Positions 9,911 to 19,154 of a DNA stretch of 64,000 nucleotides are shown piece by piece. The notes below the pieces were generated by a model. The model did not search any database, had not been told where the DNA came from, and saw nothing but the letters and a program-made list of their open reading frames with translations. The stretch is taken from the NCBI GenBank assembly GCA_964384105.1, contig CAYLJV010000001.1, positions 512,001 to 576,000 of the forward strand, in the 5' to 3' direction. The position numbers and the translations under genes are program-made. The first letter of the stretch is position 1. The number at the start of each line of letters is the position of its first letter. This DNA comes from Candidatus Hadarchaeota archaeon. GTDB taxonomy: Archaea; Hadarchaeota; Hadarchaeia; Hadarchaeales; JAGGTB01.

Positions 9911-10129
9911 CTAGTTTGAACTAATATAGCCCTCTTCTTCAGCTTCTTCTGCTATTTTCAGTAATTCCTGCCGCTTCTCGATATTATCGTTCAACCATGA
10001 TTGGATAATATTTCTGATAACTTCACTTCTGGTGTTTCCATAAGCGCCAATGAGGTCATCGACTATTTTGAGTTGCACTCCACCTAGAAAGACCCTGACC
10101 TCGGCTTTTTTTGTCTTTTTTTCGGGCAC
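9911..10129 (-). CDS. Ribbon-helix-helix regulator (CdrS-like) directly upstream of ftsZ
   Basis: VRVFL strand followed by helix and NTRSEVIR (RHH signature). GGAGG Shine-Dalgarno upstream. Synteny matches cdrS-ftsZ2. Confidence 0.7.
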   Translation of the reverse strand: MPEKKTKKAEVRVFLGGVQLKIVDDLIGAYGNTRSEVIRNIIQSWLNDNIEKRQELLKIAEEAEEEGYISSN

Positions 10130-10149
10130 CTATTCAAACCTCCGACTTT

Positions 10150-10182
10150 CAGTAAAACTGCATTATAACGTCAGTCTTACTG
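10150..10182. promoter_or_regulatory. Double palindromic operator candidate (CAGT-N3-ACTG twice)
   Basis: CAGTAAAACTG (10150-10160) and CAGTCTTACTG (10172-10182), 11-nt spacer, just downstream of the minus-strand TATA box. Confidence 0.6.
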
Positions 10183-10207
10183 CACTTAAAATAAGAGTTG
10201 TACACAA

Positions 10208-10221
10208 TATTTAAGGGTTTT
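10208..10221 (-). promoter_or_regulatory. BRE/TATA promoter of the RHH-ftsZ unit
   Basis: Minus strand reads AAAACCCTTAAATA, a typical archaeal BRE-TATA. Confidence 0.6.
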
Positions 10222-10315
10222 GTTTGTTTCTGAAAAATTGACGAATATCTACGTGGAATTAAAAAAGCCATATAAGTGATATTTGGAGATAAACGAATGG
10301 TAAGGTGAGATTAGT

Positions 10316-10564
10316 TTGAATTCTTCAAGAGTTTTAGGTGGGCTTCTTTGTTTAGCCACTGCTGCTGTAGCCGTTCTACATATCTATTTTGGATATGTGG
10401 TTGGTTCGGTTCCACAAGGTTACGCTTTTGCTCTTCCTGTGACTGTATTTGTTTTAGTGGCTACGGGACTAGGTTTTTGGTTGGGATGGATCATGGTTAC
10501 TACTAATGAGTCTGCCCCCGCTTCTGCCGATGTTGAGAGGGAACAAAAAGAGTCTGAAGGATGA
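10316..10564 (+). CDS. Small two-TM membrane protein
   Basis: Two hydrophobic helices and an acidic tail. GGTGAG Shine-Dalgarno upstream. Confidence 0.65.
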   Translation: MNSSRVLGGLLCLATAAVAVLHIYFGYVVGSVPQGYAFALPVTVFVLVATGLGFWLGWIMVTTNESAPASADVEREQKESEG

Positions 10565-10605
10565 AAAATTGCAAAGACTATTTTAAATTGGAAGACGCCT
10601 AAAAT

Positions 10606-12942
10606 TTGGAAGGTGCTAAATTGAACTATAGGAGATTGTTTATCGTCGGGTTCGTTGTGGCCTTGGCTGTCTTTTCGTTTTATCACCTATCAACGGCAGG
10701 TTCTGATTATAGGGTGTTAACAACCTCCGATAGTGGGTTTTTCGAAGGGGTAGCGGAGGGTATCGATGAACAAGATGGTTTCATTGATAAATATGAATTG
10801 TCGCACCCTCCACAAGGAAAGACTATCTCAAAGTCCCAGCAGTTCCAGTCTTTGTTGGCAGTGTCCATATACCGAGGGTTACACGCTTTGGACCCAGGTA
10901 TTTCTTTGTCAACTGTTATTCAATATTTCTCTCCTTTTTTGTTTGCCTTAGCAGTTATTGGAGCTTTCTTAGCAGCTCGTGAGTTAGGTGGAGACTTAGC
11001 GGGTTGCACATCTTCACTTTTAATTAGTACTCTAGTTGGTTCTATTTACTGGACTAAAATTGGTGCATTCGACAGAGAGACAACTTTGATTTTCTTTGGA
11101 GTTTGGATGTTCTACTTACTAGCTAAAATTTACAAAGCTAGGGGAACTGAAATTTTCAAGTACTCTGTTATGACTGGATTACTTTATGGATTATTTCTGA
11201 TTACGTGGTCTGGTGCGCCTTTTATAGCGGTAATCTTTGGTTTGGCTCTGGTTTTGACGGTATTGGAAAAAGCTATTTCTGGTCTGGGCTTGACGGTTAC
11301 AGGTCTTTTATTGTTTGTATTAGGTTATAATTTCTCAGGGTTTGATGTCCCGGAGCTAATTGGTGTATTTGTATTCCTTGCGGGGATTGTGAAGATTGCC
11401 AGGGATTGGGAGTCATTGAAACGAATTGAAAGTAGTTTTATCTCTAGTTTTAGAGATAACTCTTGGTTGATAGCTGGGATTATAGTTATATTTGGCGTGT
11501 CTACTGTTTTTGCTGTGTCATTAGGGGGAAATTCTCCAGACTTCTGGACTGGTATCTTCGGGGAGAGTATACCCGGGTTTTTAGGTGCAGGTGGTGATGG
11601 AGGAGTTTCTTTCCCCAGTATAGCTACGGAGATGGCTGCTGCTCCTTCGAATCCTGGTGGATACTATAGCAATTTAATATCGCAGCTCTATGGTAGTTCT
11701 GCTCTAACAGGAGTTACCCTATTTCTGGTTGCTCTTGCGGTAATTCGGATTTTCATGGAAACTAGGAGACGAGATCTTATGATACTCTCTTGGATTATTA
11801 TTGTAGCTCCAATGCCTCTTTCCCAGGCTCGATTCTTTAGGTTATTCTGGCCCATGTGGCCTGTTTTAGCTGGTATTGGCTTTGCTGCCCTTATTTGGAT
11901 GGGTAGGAAGGCTTTAGCTTCGACTAGTCTCTCGGATTTAAGTTGGGTGAAGAAATTTAGGCACCCGTTAGCTTTGGCTCTTATAGCCACTCTTCTGATA
12001 GTTCCGTTTGTTCAAAATGCTCGTGCGGATATGCATGCGAGTGATACTGTTCCTTATCCCCACGGTGGTTCATTGCCATCTAATTATTATCATTCCTTAC
12101 TCGATAGTTACAATTGGATAGAAGAAAATACTCCCGAGAATTCTGTCATTGTAATACCGTGGTCTTATGGCCACTTTGCGACTGGAGCTACTGGTAGGCC
12201 ATCTGTTACTGATGGTGCACAAACTATGGGATGGCGAGATGAGTGGGAGAACTCACCCGGAATAAAACCACCTGATTACATAAGGTACATCTCCGGTGGA
12301 AAAGGTTACATAGTTGGAAGAAATGCTCCAGTTGAAGCCTATCAGATCAACGGAAGAAGAATAGACGTACAGAGAATGGTAACTATGGGCGATGAAAAAG
12401 AATTTGCTTGGTTAGTGGATACTTACAAGGAAAACTACAACCTGGAAATGGATTACATAGTTTTCAACAATTCCGTTTCAGGTGGAATGACTTCTTTCCA
12501 ATCGTCTTTGCTCTCCTTGTCGGAGAATATGGAAACTACGAATAGTACAGAAGAGAATGGCCGTACGTACACTTTCAAATTCAAGAAAGAGAATATTAGC
12601 TTTGACTTTGCGAATGCACCGGTTACACAAGATAATGAGGAATTAGCTGGTTTCATTTATTATCAGCTACCCCCAGAGGGGTCCAATAGACCTGGAACTT
12701 TGCTGAATTACCATTTCACGGACTCACCCGATAAGTCCAAGATTTTGTGGGTATTTTTCTCAAGCCAGCAACAGATTCAAGGAGCGGGTTTAGCAGATTT
12801 CAAAGGCGTACCGATGTTAGTGAGAGCTTTAAGAGGGTACGACATGCCGGACTATTTGGAAAGTGCTTATAGTAGCCAGTACGGGCAGGCCGAAGTTTAT
12901 AAGATCATTCACGAAAATATTCCCAAGTATCTGCCCGAGTAG
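10606..12942 (+). CDS. aglB: STT3/AglB-family oligosaccharyltransferase homologue with a non-canonical WWD motif
   Basis: Multi-TM N-terminal region with SDS, HPPQG, GAFDRE, QARF. C-terminal WIEENTPENSVIVIPWSYGHF..GRPSVTDG. Confidence 0.8.
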   Translation: MEGAKLNYRRLFIVGFVVALAVFSFYHLSTAGSDYRVLTTSDSGFFEGVAEGIDEQDGFIDKYELSHPPQGKTISKSQQFQSLLAVSIYRGLHALDPGISLSTVIQYFSPFLFALAVIGAFLAARELGGDLAGCTSSLLISTLVGSIYWTKIGAFDRETTLIFFGVWMFYLLAKIYKARGTEIFKYSVMTGLLYGLFLITWSGAPFIAVIFGLALVLTVLEKAISGLGLTVTGLLLFVLGYNFSGFDVPELIGVFVFLAGIVKIARDWESLKRIESSFISSFRDNSWLIAGIIVIFGVSTVFAVSLGGNSPDFWTGIFGESIPGFLGAGGDGGVSFPSIATEMAAAPSNPGGYYSNLISQLYGSSALTGVTLFLVALAVIRIFMETRRRDLMILSWIIIVAPMPLSQARFFRLFWPMWPVLAGIGFAALIWMGRKALASTSLSDLSWVKKFRHPLALALIATLLIVPFVQNARADMHASDTVPYPHGGSLPSNYYHSLLDSYNWIEENTPENSVIVIPWSYGHFATGATGRPSVTDGAQTMGWRDEWENSPGIKPPDYIRYISGGKGYIVGRNAPVEAYQINGRRIDVQRMVTMGDEKEFAWLVDTYKENYNLEMDYIVFNNSVSGGMTSFQSSLLSLSENMETTNSTEENGRTYTFKFKKENISFDFANAPVTQDNEELAGFIYYQLPPEGSNRPGTLLNYHFTDSPDKSKILWVFFSSQQQIQGAGLADFKGVPMLVRALRGYDMPDYLESAYSSQYGQAEVYKIIHENIPKYLPE

Positions 12943-12951
12943 GTGATTTAT

Positions 12952-14214
12952 ATGCAAAGACCAAGAGGAACCAGAGATTTATACGGAGATGAACTTCGAA
13001 GGATTCGGAGGGTACAGAAGGGGTTGGAAGAGGTATTCAAGCGTTATGGTTATGATGAGATAGAGACGCCTATTTTTGAAAATCTGGAATTGTTCACTAA
13101 GAAGAGCGGGTCCGAAATAATGGACCAAATCTATCATTTTGAAGATAAATCTAAGAGAAAACTTGCTTTAAGACCCGAGTTGACCGCCCCGGCTATTAGA
13201 CTGTATAATAACGAACTCAAAAGTAGGCCTAAACCTTTAAAAATATATTATTTTGGTCACTGCTTCAGGTACGAGAGACCCCAAGCCGAACGATGGCGCC
13301 AATTTTTACAGGCAGGAGTTGAATTGATTGGTTCCGACCGGCCCGAATCAGATGCAAGTGTCATTGCTTTAACAAATGATTCCATTAAGGAGCTGGGGCT
13401 AGAAAACTGTGTTCAGAGAATAGGTCATATTGGTCTTCTGAGAAAGGTTTTGGATTACGGAGGTGTTTCTCGAGATAATCAGGATCCAATTCTGAGAGAG
13501 ATAGATAGTAGGGACGAAGAGGGTTTGAAAAAAGAACTGGAAGAGAAGAATGTTAATTCTGATGTTCGAGAAAAAATCTGGTCATTAATAGATCTTAGGG
13601 GGGGTCCTGAAATGGTTGAGGAGGCCGAAGAACTGCTAGGGATGGTACCTGGAACTAATAAGGTTTTCAAAAATTTTCGAGATATACTGAGGAGATTAAA
13701 TCAAATGGGAGTGGAGGATTACGAGATAGATTGGGGAATTGCTAGAGGACTAGAGTATTACACCGGGTCTGTTTTTGAGGTGTATCATGAAGGAGTTCAA
13801 ATCGGTGGTGGTGGTAGGTATGATGGATTGATAGAATCTCTTGGTGGTGAGTTGACTCCGGCCGTTGGTGTGGGTTTCGGCGTTGATCGAATTGCTAGCG
13901 CGATAGAAAAAGAAGATGGTGAACCTAGGAGATATGGCGTTGATGCAATGTTGCTGCCGACTGGCGATGGAATGTTGAGTGAGAGCTTGAAAATGGCTAG
14001 AGAACTGAGAAAAGATGGTTTTGAAATCGACATAGATCTGATGGGTCGAAGTTTGAGCAAGGCCCTTAGCTATGCAGATTCTAGAAAAGCTAAGTATGCG
14101 GTTATCGTTGGCCCAAAGGATATGGCCGAGGGTAGAGTAACTATTAGAAATATGGACAGTGGAGACCAGGAAAGAGTTTTTTGGGAAGCTGTTTCTAAGA
14201 GGCTAAAATCCTAG
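12952..14214 (+). CDS. hisS: Histidine--tRNA ligase
   Basis: PRGTRD, LRPELTAP, FRYERPQ, ARGLEYYTG, GGGRYDGL. Confidence 0.96.
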   Translation: MQRPRGTRDLYGDELRRIRRVQKGLEEVFKRYGYDEIETPIFENLELFTKKSGSEIMDQIYHFEDKSKRKLALRPELTAPAIRLYNNELKSRPKPLKIYYFGHCFRYERPQAERWRQFLQAGVELIGSDRPESDASVIALTNDSIKELGLENCVQRIGHIGLLRKVLDYGGVSRDNQDPILREIDSRDEEGLKKELEEKNVNSDVREKIWSLIDLRGGPEMVEEAEELLGMVPGTNKVFKNFRDILRRLNQMGVEDYEIDWGIARGLEYYTGSVFEVYHEGVQIGGGGRYDGLIESLGGELTPAVGVGFGVDRIASAIEKEDGEPRRYGVDAMLLPTGDGMLSESLKMARELRKDGFEIDIDLMGRSLSKALSYADSRKAKYAVIVGPKDMAEGRVTIRNMDSGDQERVFWEAVSKRLKS

Positions 14215-14232
14215 TTAGGATGTTGTAGATGA

Positions 14233-14811
14233 ATGCTAAGCGACATTCGGAAAAAGATAAAACCCTTGGTGGAAGCGGCTGCTCGACCTTTTGTTAGGTT
14301 GGGATTTAAGCCAAATCAGATTACCATATTGGGAGTTATTATCGGCATTGTAGCAGGTCTCCTTTTTTCTTTGAATGAGGTTCGTTTTGCTGGTGTTATT
14401 ATATTGTTAGGGGGATTTTTCGACATAATCGACGGCGCTGTGGCTAGGCTTACGGATCAAGTGACTGATTTTGGTGGACTGCTGGACTCTGTTTCTGATA
14501 GGATCACCGATGCAATATTATTTGTGGGAATAATTGCAGGTGGGATTGGTGGCTTATTTGGTTTACCTAGCTGGTTTTTGCCGGTTTTTGCCCTTATTGG
14601 AAGCTATCTAGTTAGTTATACTAGGGCTAGAGCAGAGGCAGCCGGTTCTGGCAAGTTGGATGTGGGTATTGCAGAGAGGGCCGAGAGGTTACTAATTTTA
14701 GCTTTGGGGGCTTTGCTTGGCTTAACGGCTTATGCTGTTTTACTGATAGTTGTACTTACATTTATCACAGTATCTCAGCGTATTTTAGAGTCATATAAAC
14801 GTTTCATATAG
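14233..14811 (+). CDS. CDP-alcohol phosphatidyltransferase, probably archaetidylinositol-phosphate synthase
   Basis: PNQIT, DIIDGAVAR...G.LLDSVSDR, SYTRARAE, ERAER. Next to ino1. Confidence 0.85.
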   Translation: MLSDIRKKIKPLVEAAARPFVRLGFKPNQITILGVIIGIVAGLLFSLNEVRFAGVIILLGGFFDIIDGAVARLTDQVTDFGGLLDSVSDRITDAILFVGIIAGGIGGLFGLPSWFLPVFALIGSYLVSYTRARAEAAGSGKLDVGIAERAERLLILALGALLGLTAYAVLLIVVLTFITVSQRILESYKRFI

Positions 14812-14821
14812 TCTCTAATTT

Positions 14822-15136
14822 TCAGCCATAAAGATCGTCTATAAGTTGCTTTAGATACTTTTCCGACTCTCTAAGGATTTTTTTTCCTTTCTCCGTTATT
14901 TTGTAGTATTTTCGTGGTCTACTCTCTTCTTTCTTCCACTCCCCCACTATACAGTCTCCTCGTTCTAGTCGATATAGGACGGTGTAAGAGGATGTAAGGG
15001 GTGGTTCCCAACCAAAACGATTTTCTATTTTCTTGCGGAGTTCGTAAGCGTAGGCTGGTTCTTCTCCAAGTAGTTTTAGAATATAAGGCCAAAGAAGTTC
15101 TTCTCTTGTTTTTTTCTTTAGTCTTTCTATAGGCAA
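14822..15136 (-). CDS. PadR-family transcriptional regulator
   Basis: YAYEL, SYTVLYRLE, RPRKYYKITEKG. Likely TTG start at 15136 (ORF track gives 15163). Confidence 0.88.
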   Translation of the reverse strand: MPIERLKKKTREELLWPYILKLLGEEPAYAYELRKKIENRFGWEPPLTSSYTVLYRLERGDCIVGEWKKEESRPRKYYKITEKGKKILRESEKYLKQLIDDLYG

Positions 15137-15160
15137 TTGACCACATTCAGGGCTTAGCCG

Positions 15161-15173
15161 CAAAACTTATAAA
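15161..15173 (+). promoter_or_regulatory. BRE/TATA promoter of ino1
   Basis: CAAAACTTATAAA about 45 nt upstream of the ino1 start. Confidence 0.6.
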
Positions 15174-15188
15174 GGTTTCCGAACTTGT

Positions 15189-15211
15189 AATATTTCAAGA
15201 CGTGAAATATT
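15189..15211. promoter_or_regulatory. Perfect inverted repeat, candidate PadR operator
   Basis: AATATTTCA-agacg-TGAAATATT in the divergent padR/ino1 intergenic region. Confidence 0.7.
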
Positions 15212-15217
15212 TTAGGT

Positions 15218-16297
15218 GTGGAAATGGGAAAAGTAAACGTTGCTATCGCCGGTGTGGGGAATTGTGCCTCTTCTTTGGTACAAGGTATAGAGTACTATAA
15301 AGATGCCAAAGCAGGAGAAGACGTCCCAGGTTTGATGCATGTTGATTTTGGGGGTTATCACGTTAAGGATATAAATTTCGTCGCAGCTTTTGATGTTGAT
15401 GCGAACAAGGTTGGGAAGGATCTTTCTAGAGCGATATTTACTAAACCTAACTGCACAACTAAGTTTTCAGATGTCTCCGATTTAGGAGTCAAGGTTATGA
15501 AAGGATGTGTTGAGGACGGAATTGGGAAGTATCTGAAAAATACAGTTCCTGTAGATAAAACCGAAGAATGTGTTGATGTTGCTCAAGTGCTTGAGGATAC
15601 AGATGCTGATGTTTTGATAAGTTACATGCCAGTTGGTAGCTACACCGCTTCTCGATACTACGCTAATGAGGCTTTGAAAGCGAACGTTGGTTTTGTAAAT
15701 AGCATTCCTGAGTTTATTGTTTCCGAAGAGGAATGGGCGAATAAGTTTGAAGAAGCTGGAGTACCCTGCGCTGGTGATGATATAAAGTCGCAGGTCGGGG
15801 CAACGATCCTTCATAGGACAATTACCAACTTGCTGAAGGATAGGGGAGTGAGGGTTGAAGAGAGTTATCAGCTTAATGTTGGGGGTAATACTGACTTTTT
15901 AAACATGCTTGAGGAGGAGAGATTAACTTCTAAAAGGACGAGTAAAACTGAGGCAGTTTCCTCTCAGGTTCCTTACGAGGTGCCTCTCAGAATTGGTCCA
16001 AGTGATTATATCCCGTTTTTGGAAGACAATAAAATTTGCTATATATATGTAAAAGGAAGAAAATTTGGTGATGTTCCTTTGACGATAGATGCTAAGCTTT
16101 CTGTGGAAGACTCGCCAAATAGTGCGGGCGTTGTTATTGATGCGGTACGGGCGGTTAAGTTGGCTCAGGATCGGGGAATAGGAGGGCCTCTCACGAGTAT
16201 TTCCGCTTATTCTTTCAAACATCCACCCATTCAGATGACTGATTCGGAGGCAAGATTGGCGGTTGAGGAGTTTATAGAAGGAAAGAGGGAGAGATAA
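15218..16297 (+). CDS. ino1: myo-inositol-1-phosphate synthase
   Basis: [44 protein letters not shown]. Confidence 0.96.
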   Translation: MEMGKVNVAIAGVGNCASSLVQGIEYYKDAKAGEDVPGLMHVDFGGYHVKDINFVAAFDVDANKVGKDLSRAIFTKPNCTTKFSDVSDLGVKVMKGCVEDGIGKYLKNTVPVDKTEECVDVAQVLEDTDADVLISYMPVGSYTASRYYANEALKANVGFVNSIPEFIVSEEEWANKFEEAGVPCAGDDIKSQVGATILHRTITNLLKDRGVRVEESYQLNVGGNTDFLNMLEEERLTSKRTSKTEAVSSQVPYEVPLRIGPSDYIPFLEDNKICYIYVKGRKFGDVPLTIDAKLSVEDSPNSAGVVIDAVRAVKLAQDRGIGGPLTSISAYSFKHPPIQMTDSEARLAVEEFIEGKRER

Positions 16298-16299
16298 TA

Positions 16300-17187
16300 A
16301 TGGAACTAGATATTGTGGTGGTGGGACATGCTACCGTTGACGTGAACGTTTTCCCACATGGAATCATCGAGAGTGTGTTGGGTGGAGCTCCTACTTATGC
16401 AGGTTTCTCTTTGAAGGCTCTGAATAGGGAGGTTGGTGTAGTTTCTAAGATAGGAAAGGACTTCCCGGACTATTTTCCTCCGCTCTTCAGTAAGTTTGGT
16501 TTGAATACAGAGGGAATACTGGCGACTTCTGGGGAGACTACGAAGTTCGAAAATACTTATTCCGAAGATGGTGAGAGGAAACAGGTCGTTAAAAGTGTGG
16601 CTGATTCAATATCTCCCAAAGACGTTCCTCAGTCTTATCTAAATTCAAATGGATTCTATATATCCCCCGTTGTCGATGAAATATCTCCTGAAACTGTGTC
16701 AAAGATTTCTGAAGGAACGGGTATAGTTATGCTCGACCCTCAAGGATTATTCAGGGAGCTGGATGATTCTGGCAGGATAAATATTAAAAAGCCCGATGAT
16801 CTCGAGAGTTATCTATCTGGTGTGGACATTATAAAAATAGGAAAAGATGAATTCAAAGCCTTTGGGGAATCGGAGGAAAACGTTCTGAGAAATTTAGTCG
16901 AAATGGGTCCTAAAACAGCACTTCTGACGTTGGGTGGCGGTGGTTGTAAGGTATTCTCTGGAGAAGAGATAACAAAGATAGATAGTTTAGATGTAGATGC
17001 TCGTGATTTAACGGGGGCTGGTGATGTTTTTGGTGCGACTTTCCTTTCTAATTATCTAGATACGAAGGATTCTGTGGATTCGGCCAGATTTGCAAATGCT
17101 GCTGCCGGTCTTAAGGTCGAATATAAAGGACCGACTGGTTTTCCTTCCAGAAAGGAGATTAAAGAAGCACTTCAAAAGTCTCAGTAA
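16300..17187 (+). CDS. PfkB/ribokinase-family carbohydrate kinase (possible myo-inositol kinase)
   Basis: LGGAPTY, DPQG, DLTGAGDVF. Starts 2 nt after ino1. Confidence 0.8.
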   Translation: MELDIVVVGHATVDVNVFPHGIIESVLGGAPTYAGFSLKALNREVGVVSKIGKDFPDYFPPLFSKFGLNTEGILATSGETTKFENTYSEDGERKQVVKSVADSISPKDVPQSYLNSNGFYISPVVDEISPETVSKISEGTGIVMLDPQGLFRELDDSGRINIKKPDDLESYLSGVDIIKIGKDEFKAFGESEENVLRNLVEMGPKTALLTLGGGGCKVFSGEEITKIDSLDVDARDLTGAGDVFGATFLSNYLDTKDSVDSARFANAAAGLKVEYKGPTGFPSRKEIKEALQKSQ

Positions 17188-18608
17188 GTTTTTGCTATAA
17201 GAACTTGCTTACTATTTGCTTTTCCACATATTGGACATTTTCCCGTTTCTTCTTCGCTATTTATCTCTCTGCCGAGAACGTCTCCGCCAGTTTCTTCTTC
17301 CAATTCTAATCCGCACTCTTTTTTTCCACACCAATAGATTTTCACTACACCCTCTCGGTTGTTCAAGATCTCTCGGGCCTTTTCGAGTTTTTCGATTTTT
17401 TGAATTCTTTCTTCTTGGAAGGATTTAGCCCTCTCCACTAGGTACTCAAAAATATCATCAAAAACTTCTTCAATTTTTTCTTTTACTTTACTCCTGGATA
17501 TTTCTATTTTTTCACCAGTATCTCTCCTAACCAGAGTCAGTTTGTTTTTCTTTACTTCTCTTGGTCCAATTTCTATCCTTAAGGGTACACCGCGTCGCTC
17601 CCAACGGTAATATTTATCACCAGGTCGTAGATCTCTTAAATCTAATTCGACTCGAATTCCTGCTTTTTCTAATTCCTCTTTTGCTTCTTTAGAAAATTTC
17701 TCAACGTCAACTTCTTCGTCTTGGAAGGGAATGGGCACTATTACCGCTTGTATGGGTGCTATTTTTGGAGGTAGACACAAACCTCTGTCATCTCCGTGTA
17801 CCATTATAACGGATGCAATTGCTCTGTCTGAGATACCGTAACTAGTTTGGTATAGATATTCTTGGTTACCTTCGGGGGTTTCGAACTTTAAGTCGTATAC
17901 TTTAGAAAAGTTCTGCCCAAGATTATGAGCGGTTCCGATTTGCAGAGTCCTTCCATCAGGAGCCAAGGTATCGAAGGCTATGGAGTATTCTGCTCCGGCA
18001 AAAGTATCCCAAGGGGGTCTTTTTGTGATTAGGTATGGAACTCCTAGTTCATCGAAGAATTCTCTGTATATCTCAACTGCTTTTTGGACTTGTTCCTCGG
18101 CTTTTTCTTTAGATTTATGTGCTGTATGAGCCTCTTTGAAAGTAGTAACTTCTCTTAATCTTATAAGAGGCTTTGTCATTTTTGTTTCGTGACGGAATAT
18201 ATTTACGATTTGGTAGATTTTCATCGGAAGATCGGTGTGTGATCTAATCCATCTGCTGAGCATAGGATAGATTGAAGTTTCGCTTGTGGGTCTTAGAGCA
18301 AGCTCCACGTTCAGTTTTTTTCTGCCTCCATGGGTTACCCAGTAAACTTCGTCTCCGAATCCTCGTATATGGTCGGCTTCTTTTTGAAAGATATCTTTTG
18401 GAATTAACAATGGAAATAAAACTTCTTCATGGTCAGAATCGTTCAAAAGTTTCTTAATAATGCTCATAGTGTTGTTGCGGAGTTTTATCCCGTGGGGTTT
18501 CCATACATATAGTCCTTTGACGGGATACTGGATGTCCATTATCTCTCCTTGCGAAATAGTTTCATTAAACCATTCGCTAAAGTTTCCCTGCCATTTTTCT
18601 CTTTTCAT
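17181..18608 (-). CDS. proS: Proline--tRNA ligase (archaeal/eukaryotic type)
   Basis: LRPTSET, FRHETK..PLIRLRE, LQIGTAHNLGQNF, C-terminal Cys motifs. Confidence 0.96.
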   Translation of the reverse strand: MKREKWQGNFSEWFNETISQGEIMDIQYPVKGLYVWKPHGIKLRNNTMSIIKKLLNDSDHEEVLFPLLIPKDIFQKEADHIRGFGDEVYWVTHGGRKKLNVELALRPTSETSIYPMLSRWIRSHTDLPMKIYQIVNIFRHETKMTKPLIRLREVTTFKEAHTAHKSKEKAEEQVQKAVEIYREFFDELGVPYLITKRPPWDTFAGAEYSIAFDTLAPDGRTLQIGTAHNLGQNFSKVYDLKFETPEGNQEYLYQTSYGISDRAIASVIMVHGDDRGLCLPPKIAPIQAVIVPIPFQDEEVDVEKFSKEAKEELEKAGIRVELDLRDLRPGDKYYRWERRGVPLRIEIGPREVKKNKLTLVRRDTGEKIEISRSKVKEKIEEVFDDIFEYLVERAKSFQEERIQKIEKLEKAREILNNREGVVKIYWCGKKECGLELEEETGGDVLGREINSEEETGKCPICGKANSKQVLIAKTY

Positions 18609-18685
18609 CTGACCACGATCACACTAAAAAAGTCCCGGCAATTCACTTAAACTTTTATGTTAAATTAGGATTGAAATGATTCAAA

Positions 18686-19150
18686 ATGGTTTATCAGAAA
18701 GTGGAAACTCTCAAGAAATTCATGGATAGAGAAGGTGTAGAAGCTAAATTTTATGAATTCTCGGAGTCAACTCTTTCGGTTGAGGATTCTGCTAGTCAGT
18801 TGAAAGTGGATCCAAGTAGAATAGTTAAGTCGCTTGTTTTCAAGGATTCACGGAATAATCCTTTGCTTGTGATAGTTTCTGGAGTTAAGAAAGCTGATGA
18901 AGAAAAACTTTCGGATGTTTATGGATCTAAAATTTCAATGGCAAAGGCTAGAGAAGTGGAGGAGTTTACAGGATATAAGATTGGGGAAGTCCCACCAATA
19001 TGCTCAGGATTAAAGACTTTTTTAGATTCAGAAATATTAGAATTCGAGTCGGTGTTTGCGGGTGGAGGTTCGACTCACACTCTAATGGAATTAGATCCTA
19101 GAGATATAGTTAGGGTTGCTAATGCTACTTTAGCAGAAATTAGTAGATGA
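18686..19150 (+). CDS. YbaK/ProX-family aminoacyl-tRNA deacylase
   Basis: IVKSLVF, TGYKIGEVPP, AGGGS. Confidence 0.85.
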   Translation: MVYQKVETLKKFMDREGVEAKFYEFSESTLSVEDSASQLKVDPSRIVKSLVFKDSRNNPLLVIVSGVKKADEEKLSDVYGSKISMAKAREVEEFTGYKIGEVPPICSGLKTFLDSEILEFESVFAGGGSTHTLMELDPRDIVRVANATLAEISR

Positions 19151-19154
19151 ATGT

